Of a stretch of 20,642 nt of DNA, positions 16,046 to 20,642 are shown in pieces. The position numbers and the translations under genes are program-made. The stretch spans positions 1 to 20,642 of the forward strand of contig JBIOTN010000002.1 in NCBI GenBank assembly GCA_044866005.1, written 5' to 3'. This DNA comes from Candidatus Rokuibacteriota bacterium (GTDB lineage Bacteria; Methylomirabilota; Methylomirabilia; Rokubacteriales; DASRDR01). The notes beneath the pieces were generated by a model. The model was given only the letters and a program-made list of their open reading frames with translations, made no database searches and was not told the origin of the DNA. Numbering within the stretch: position 1 is the stretch's first letter; each line of letters begins with the position of its first letter.

Positions 16046-17467
16046 ATGGCGCGCGCGACGGGCGAGGACGGAGCCACCAGGAACGACGAGCTGATCGACC
16101 GCGAGCTGATCCGCCGCTGGCTCGCGTGGGGCTTCCTGTGGCTGCTCGTCGCGCCCACCATCGGCGTCTTCGTCTCCACGAAGTTCACCTACCCCGAGTT
16201 CCTGGGCGACAGCGCCTGGCTCACCTTCGGGCGGCTCCGGCCGATCCACGTCAACGGCGTCATCCTGGGGGCCTTCTCCACCCTCTTCATCGGGCTCGCC
16301 TACTACGTCGTGCCCCGGCTCTGCGGCGTGCCGGTCTGGCGCGCGCGGTGGGGCCGGCCCGCCCTGTGGCTCTGGAACCTGAACCTCGTCCTCGGCTTCG
16401 TCTCGCTGGCGACCGGCCTGCCGTGGGGATTCAACCGGGGCTGGGAGGTGGGCGAGCTGCCGCAGCCGACGAACGTCGTCATCCTGCTCGTCCTCGTGTT
16501 CCTGACCGTGCAGCACCTCGTGACGATCAGCCGGCGCGTGCAGCGCGACCTCTACGTCTCGCTCTGGTACCTGATCGCCGCCCTCGTCTGGACGGATGTG
16601 AACCTCCTGCTCGGCCTGGTGGGCCCCTACGCGTTCCCCGGCATCAACAACGCGGCGATGCACGGCCTCTATCTCCACTACGTCGTCGGCCTCTGGATCA
16701 CGCCCGCCGGCTACGTCGTCATCTACTATTTCCTGCCGGCCAGCGTGCGGACTCCGATCTACAGCCACAAGCTCTCGCTGGTCGGCTTCTGGTCGCTCGC
16801 CCTGTTCTATCCGTTCGTGGGCATCCACCACTACCTCTACTCGCCCATCGCGGACTGGGCGGAGACGATCGCGATCGTCTCCTCGATGCTGCTCATCATC
16901 CCGGTGTGGACCGTCATCCAGAACTTCTTCGGCACCATGATCGGCCACTGGCGGGGCTTCGGCGAGAACCTGCCGGCGAAGTTCCTCATCACCGGCGCCC
17001 TCATCTACCTGGTCGGGTGCTTCCAGGGCTCGGTCGAGGCCCTCCGCTCGATCCAGCAGCCCACGCACTTCACCGACTTCGTCATCGCCCACGCGCACCT
17101 CACCGTCTTCGGCACCTTCGTCGTCTGGACCGTGGCGGGGGCCAGCTACGTGTGGCCGCGGCTCGCCGGCGCGCCGCTGTGGAGCTTCCGGCTGGGCAAC
17201 TGGAGCTTCTGGCTGATCACCCTGGGGATCTCGGTGATGGGCGTGGGCCTCTCCTTCCAGGGGCTCCAGCAGGGCTTCATGTGGATGACGGGCGTGGAGT
17301 GGCTGGACAGCGTGAACGCGATGAAGCCCGCCTGGCTCGTGCGGACGCTGGCCGGGATCACCATGGACGTCGGTCTCTCGCTTCTCGTCTACAACCTCAT
17401 GCGCTCCTCCGCCGTCGCCCCGCGCCTCCACCAGGCGCCCCTGACCGCGAGGCCGCCCGTCCCGTGA
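16046..17467 (+). CDS. ccoN: cbb3-type (C-family-like) haem-copper oxidase subunit I, divergent, 473 aa
   Basis: LTFGRLRPIH, WEVGEL, LYLHYVVGLWIT, PIYSHKLS, FYPFVGIHH, HFTDFVIAHAH: six His ligands plus helix-VII Tyr; about 12 TM segments. Confidence 0.88.
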   Translation: MARATGEDGATRNDELIDRELIRRWLAWGFLWLLVAPTIGVFVSTKFTYPEFLGDSAWLTFGRLRPIHVNGVILGAFSTLFIGLAYYVVPRLCGVPVWRARWGRPALWLWNLNLVLGFVSLATGLPWGFNRGWEVGELPQPTNVVILLVLVFLTVQHLVTISRRVQRDLYVSLWYLIAALVWTDVNLLLGLVGPYAFPGINNAAMHGLYLHYVVGLWITPAGYVVIYYFLPASVRTPIYSHKLSLVGFWSLALFYPFVGIHHYLYSPIADWAETIAIVSSMLLIIPVWTVIQNFFGTMIGHWRGFGENLPAKFLITGALIYLVGCFQGSVEALRSIQQPTHFTDFVIAHAHLTVFGTFVVWTVAGASYVWPRLAGAPLWSFRLGNWSFWLITLGISVMGVGLSFQGLQQGFMWMTGVEWLDSVNAMKPAWLVRTLAGITMDVGLSLLVYNLMRSSAVAPRLHQAPLTARPPVP

Positions 17468-19128
17468 AGACCATCAAGTCGCTCGCGCTGGGTGCGGGGG
17501 CCGGCTTCCTCACGCTCGCGGTCTTCGTCCAGGGGTTCCTCCCCTGGCTGGCGCCCGAGTCGCGGGACACGAAGGTCACGCGGGCCGTGCGGAACGAGCT
17601 CGGCGAGGTCAAGTGGCTCTGGTACGACGCCAGCGGCTACGCCGCCCGGGAAGCGCAGGGGCGGAGCGTCTACATCCGGGAGGGCTGCTGGTACTGCCAC
17701 AGCCAGTACGTCCGGCCGGTCACCGGGGAGGACCGGCGCTGGGGGCCGGTCTCGGAGGCGGGCGAATACCACTTCGACCAGCCGCACCTCTTCGCGACGC
17801 GCCGGGTCGGGCCCGACCTCACCCGGGTCGGCGGGAAGTACGCCGACGACTGGCACTACGCCCACCACTGGGACCCGCGCCTCGTGGTCCCGGACACGAA
17901 CATGCCGGCGTTCCGGTGGCTCTTCCACCAGGTCCGCGTCCTGGTCCGCCCCGACCCCGCCGGCGACACCCTCGCCGACGCCGAGCCGCTCGCGCGCTAC
18001 TTCACGATGACGCCGACGCCCGAGGTGGCGCTCCGGCCGAACGAGGCGGGACTCGCCTTCGCCGACCCGCGCGGGCAGGAGGGGAAGATCCGCGGCACGC
18101 CGGTGCTGGCGCTCGACCACTTCAAGGAGTCGCCGCCGCGGTTCCGGGAGATCACGGTGCTCATCCCCTCGTCGGACCTCGTGGCGCTCGTGGGGTACCT
18201 CCAGAAGCTCGGGACGAACCGGGGCGCCTGGCGCGACGTCTTCGAGCCCCAGGCGCTCGGCGTGAGCGTCATGGACGCGCCGCGGACCGGCGCGCTGGTC
18301 GAGCGCGGCCGGACGGTCTACGTGCGGCGGTGTGCGGGCTGTCACGGGGGGAACGGCGACGGCAACGGCCCGGCGGCGACGTTCCTCGATCCGCGCCCGC
18401 GCGACTTCACCGAGGCGGCGTTCAAGTTCCGCACGACGCCCTCCGGCGCGCTGCCGACCGACGGCGACCTCTTTCGCACCATCACGCGGGGGGTGCGGTT
18501 CACCGCGATGCCGACCTGGCACGAGCTGCCGGAGACGGACCGGCTCGCGGTGCTCCAGTTCATCAAGACCTTCGCCCCGGCGGCCTGGCGCGAGGCGCCG
18601 GAGCCGCCCCTCGTCATCCCGGCGCCCCCGCGCGCCACGCCCGAGCTGGTGGCGCAGGGCGGGCGGCTCTACCAGGCCGCGAAGTGCTGGGAGTGCCACG
18701 GCGACGAGGGCCGCGGGGACGGCCCGTCGGCCGGGCAGCTCCGCACGGACGCCGGCCTGCCCATCCGACCGACGGACCTCACGCGCGGCCAGCTCAAGGC
18801 CGGCACCGACGTGCGCGACGTCTTCCGGAGCATGTCCACCGGCCTCAACGGCACGCCCATGCCCTCCTACGCCGACGCCATGACCGACGACGAGCGCTGG
18901 GCGATCAGCTACTACGTGCTCTCGCTTTCCGCGTTCGCGGACCCGCTGACCGGGCGAAAGCTCGCGCTCGACGAGGCGACGCGCGCCGCGCTGAACCGGC
19001 CCGGGACAGCGGCGTCCATGCGGGAGGCCTACGACCGCGGGCGGGCCGGCCCGCTCGCCGAGCCGCGCGACCGGCCGCGCTACCGCTTCGGCCTCCGGGG
19101 CGGGCCGGTCAACGGCGAGGGAGGCTAG
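17464..19128 (+). CDS. ccoO: CcoO/FixO subunit II fused to two further class I cytochrome c domains (tri-haem), 554 aa
   Basis: GTGA overlap; YIREGCWYCHSQYVRP, RRVGPDL, DPRLVVPDTNMP, YLQKLG; extra CAGCH (18331-18345) and CWECH (18685-18699), each followed by an MP axial Met motif. Confidence 0.88.
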   Translation: MKTIKSLALGAGAGFLTLAVFVQGFLPWLAPESRDTKVTRAVRNELGEVKWLWYDASGYAAREAQGRSVYIREGCWYCHSQYVRPVTGEDRRWGPVSEAGEYHFDQPHLFATRRVGPDLTRVGGKYADDWHYAHHWDPRLVVPDTNMPAFRWLFHQVRVLVRPDPAGDTLADAEPLARYFTMTPTPEVALRPNEAGLAFADPRGQEGKIRGTPVLALDHFKESPPRFREITVLIPSSDLVALVGYLQKLGTNRGAWRDVFEPQALGVSVMDAPRTGALVERGRTVYVRRCAGCHGGNGDGNGPAATFLDPRPRDFTEAAFKFRTTPSGALPTDGDLFRTITRGVRFTAMPTWHELPETDRLAVLQFIKTFAPAAWREAPEPPLVIPAPPRATPELVAQGGRLYQAAKCWECHGDEGRGDGPSAGQLRTDAGLPIRPTDLTRGQLKAGTDVRDVFRSMSTGLNGTPMPSYADAMTDDERWAISYYVLSLSAFADPLTGRKLALDEATRAALNRPGTAASMREAYDRGRAGPLAEPRDRPRYRFGLRGGPVNGEGG

Positions 19129-19130
19129 CA

Positions 19131-19298
19131 TTGCTGGCGTACCTGACGCTCTACGAGTTCCTGGTCGCCCTCGCCATGGCGCTCGGCGGCCTCTGCGTGT
19201 TCGTCTGGGCCGCCGCCGCCGGCCTCATGCAGGACGTGGAAGCGGCGAAGCACCGGGTGCTCGCGGCCGAGGACGAGGGGGAGGGCCCGCGTGGCTGA
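19131..19298 (+). CDS. ccoS: cbb3 oxidase assembly protein CcoS/FixS-like, 55 aa
   Basis: TTG start after SD GAGGGAGG (19117-19124); TM helix then FVWAAAAGLMQDVEAAKHRVL, matching the CcoS F.WA...G..D.E....R.L pattern. Confidence 0.72.
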   Translation: MLAYLTLYEFLVALAMALGGLCVFVWAAAAGLMQDVEAAKHRVLAAEDEGEGPRG

Positions 19299-19482
19299 GC
19301 CCCGGCCGGACCCCGAGCACCGCGACCGCGGGCCCATCCGCGAGTACGCGGGGGGGGAGATCCGCACCTACGCGGGCCGCGTCAACCGGTGGCTGCTCGT
19401 GGTGTACGCGGTGCTGGCCGTCTGGGCGGTGTACTACCTCGTCCGGTACTGGGGCGGGCTGGGGCCGGGGCTCGGCCGGTGA
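19291..19482 (+). CDS. Small membrane protein resembling the CcoP N-terminal anchor, 63 aa
   Basis: REYAGGEIRTYAGRVNRWLLVVYAVLAVWAVYY resembles CcoP-N (H.YDGI.EY.NPLPRWW...WA..Y); no CxxCH; overlaps the ccoS stop. Confidence 0.65.
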   Translation: MAEPRPDPEHRDRGPIREYAGGEIRTYAGRVNRWLLVVYAVLAVWAVYYLVRYWGGLGPGLGR

Positions 19483-19601
19483 GGCCCCGCGTGCTCGAGC
19501 CGCTGCTCATCGCGCTCGCCGCCGCGAACCTCCTCGTACTGGCGGGCGACCTCGTCTACAACCTCGCCCGGGCCTCGGTCTCGCTGCTGGGCCTTCGCTG
19601 A
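19479..19601 (+). CDS. Hypothetical 40-aa membrane peptide
   Basis: GTGA overlap with the previous stop; MRPRVLEPLLIALAAANLLVLAGDLVYNLARASVSLLGLR; GC3-rich codons. Confidence 0.5.
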   Translation: MRPRVLEPLLIALAAANLLVLAGDLVYNLARASVSLLGLR

Positions 19602-19632
19602 TCGGCTCGCCGCGCGCGGCGGCCCCGCCGGC

Positions 19633-19851
19633 TCACGTCCCGCCGGCGAGGCCCACGACGATGCCGACGAGGTAGGCGCCCAGCACCTGCTGGAGCACGT
19701 ACCCCATCCCGAAGACGATGAGGCAGACGGCGAGCGCGCGCACCGTGCTGTCGTAGTCGAGGCCCTGCCGGACACCGACCACCAGCGCGGCGAACATCCA
19801 GAGCGACAGGGCGGACCGGAGCCACGGTCCGACCCCCGGAACGCTGGCCAT
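19633..19851 (-). CDS. Small two-TM protein matching the C-terminal part of bacterial Yip1-family proteins, 72 aa
   Basis: VPGVG...LWMFAALVVGVRQGLDYDSTVRALAVCLI; SD GGAGGAGG at 19858-19865 (-). Confidence 0.6.
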   Translation of the reverse strand: MASVPGVGPWLRSALSLWMFAALVVGVRQGLDYDSTVRALAVCLIVFGMGYVLQQVLGAYLVGIVVGLAGGT

Positions 19852-19872
19852 GCACGCCCTCCTCCGGCCGCG

Positions 19873-19930
19873 CGGTCCCCGCGCCGGCGGGGACCGGCGC
19901 CCGGTCGCACGTCCCGGGGTCGCGCCCCGG
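19873..19930. other. Two intergenic GC hairpins
   Basis: CGGTCCCCGC-GCCG-GCGGGGACCG (19873-19896) and CCGGGG-TCGCG-CCCCGG (19914-19930). Confidence 0.45.
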
Positions 19931-19950
19931 CCGGCGCCGGGGCGGACCCG

Positions 19951-20418
19951 TCAGCTGGCGAAGAACTCGATGAACTGTTTGAACTCGGCGTCCCCCATGA
20001 TCTTGATGTCCCTCGTCTCCTTGCCGGTCCGCCGGTAGAAGGTCGACTGCGTGCCGGACGAGGTGATGTAGAGCTCCTCCGGCTCCGGCGGCGCGGCGGC
20101 CTTCCGGTCCTCCCGGTGCACCTCGATCGTGCCGACGCACGCCGGGACGCCGGGCGAGGTCCCGATCCCCTCGACGGTCACGATCCGCTTGTAGGCCGCG
20201 GCGAGGATGATCCCGTTGTCCAGGGAGATGACCTGGATGCGGCTTCCCTCCGCGGTGATGTTCGCGTTCACCGCCGCGACGAGGTCCAGCACCTGCTTGC
20301 GAAAGCGCTCGACGCCCTCGTCGAAGCGCTTCCGCTCCGTCGCCTTGCGCTCGGCTTCCTCCGCGATGCGCGCCTCGACCTTCTTGGCCGTCGTCTTCGC
20401 CCAGTCGTCCGCTGGCAT
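19951..20418 (-). CDS. Hypothetical protein with N-terminal coiled coil, 155 aa
   Basis: ATG 20418 after SD GGGAGG; host-like GC3 bias; TAGAAT -10-like box at 20447-20452 (-). Confidence 0.8.
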   Translation of the reverse strand: MPADDWAKTTAKKVEARIAEEAERKATERKRFDEGVERFRKQVLDLVAAVNANITAEGSRIQVISLDNGIILAAAYKRIVTVEGIGTSPGVPACVGTIEVHREDRKAAAPPEPEELYITSSGTQSTFYRRTGKETRDIKIMGDAEFKQFIEFFAS

Positions 20419-20520
20419 GGGGTCCCTCCCAGGCTGAATAGTGCCCATTCTACAACTGCGTGCACGGTCTACGCGGACGCATAAGCGACGACGCCGGGTC
20501 GAGAACCGAGCAGCCCCAGA

Positions 20521-20642
20521 TGGAATGAAGCGGCTGACCTCCCCCGCGACGTGGTGGCATACACTGCCCCACAAGCAAACGCGGTCTGTGCCGCAAGCGA
20601 AGGAGGCCAGCCATGGAACATAGTGGCATCGACGTGCACAAG
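20521..20642 (+). mobile_element. Left end of an IS110-family element (IS1111-like architecture); exact boundary uncertain
   Basis: AATGAAG-CGGCTGACCTCC with an inverted copy GGAGGCCAGCC over the RBS; lower GC than the flanks; followed by a transposase start. Confidence 0.65.
20613..20642 (+). CDS. IS110-family (DEDD RuvC-like) transposase, 5' fragment cut by the window end
   Basis: SD AGGAGG (20601-20606), then MEHSGIDVHK; GIDVHK is the typical first catalytic-Asp motif; only 10 codons visible. Confidence 0.72.
   Translation, partial: MEHSGIDVHK

Noticed and set aside
16046..17467. Possibility that the haem-copper subunit is a cNOR/qNOR NO reductase
   Set aside because: It lacks the HLWVEG-type Glu motif, retains the helix-VII Tyr, and is accompanied by CcoO- and CcoS-like genes
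2254..19128. Very long ORF-track entries (2254..4431, 3171..5549, 4106..7813, 12567..14360, 14408..17431, 15670..19128) that look like giant fusions
   Set aside because: The N-terminal extensions are Arg/Pro/Gly/Ala-rich off-frame or antisense reads of neighbouring genes; the real starts are internal and mostly have SD or stop-start overlaps
362..19131. Long antisense ORFs (e.g. 362..1093, 1132..2199, 2602..4260, 6857..8755, 13361..15976, 17389..19131)
   Set aside because: Expected shadows of high-GC3 coding strands; no recognisable motifs
19609..19620. GCCGCGCGCGGC palindrome between convergent genes as a terminator
   Set aside because: Short, GC-only and without a U-tract; likely by chance at this GC content
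20453..20612. Complete bridge RNA upstream of the IS110 transposase
   Set aside because: The region is short and its IR layout fits an IS1111-type left end; not excluded without the rest of the element
1..20642. CRISPR array, tRNA, rRNA or lysine riboswitch
   Set aside because: No regularly spaced repeats or cloverleaf motifs seen; the predicted lysA leader (about 20 nt) is far too short for a riboswitch

Overview
Very GC-rich bacterial window (visually >70% GC), mostly housekeeping genes with an accessory-looking right end. Order: a stand-alone divergent rpoA (-), then on + mltG, plsC-like acyltransferase, argH, an FN3-repeat lipoprotein, lysA, dapA, dapB, dapL, folB, folK and an ECF sigma/zinc anti-sigma pair. 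A convergent carbohydrate ABC importer lacking an ATPase follows (-). Next come an atypical cbb3-like oxidase operon (+: ccoN, tri-haem ccoO fusion, ccoS, free CcoP-N-like peptide, 40-aa membrane peptide), two small (-) genes, and the first 10 codons of an IS110/IS1111-family transposase. The most interesting signals are: (1) an orphan RNA polymerase alpha that has lost two conserved motifs while keeping others, suggesting a heterodimeric alpha pair; (2) a re-modularised cbb3-like oxidase; (3) an LptM-like lipopeptide motif fused to FN3 domains; (4) a probable CUG start for dapL; (5) a REP-like hairpin family and a CTAG-flanked insert. All family assignments come from motif recognition by eye; no searches were run.
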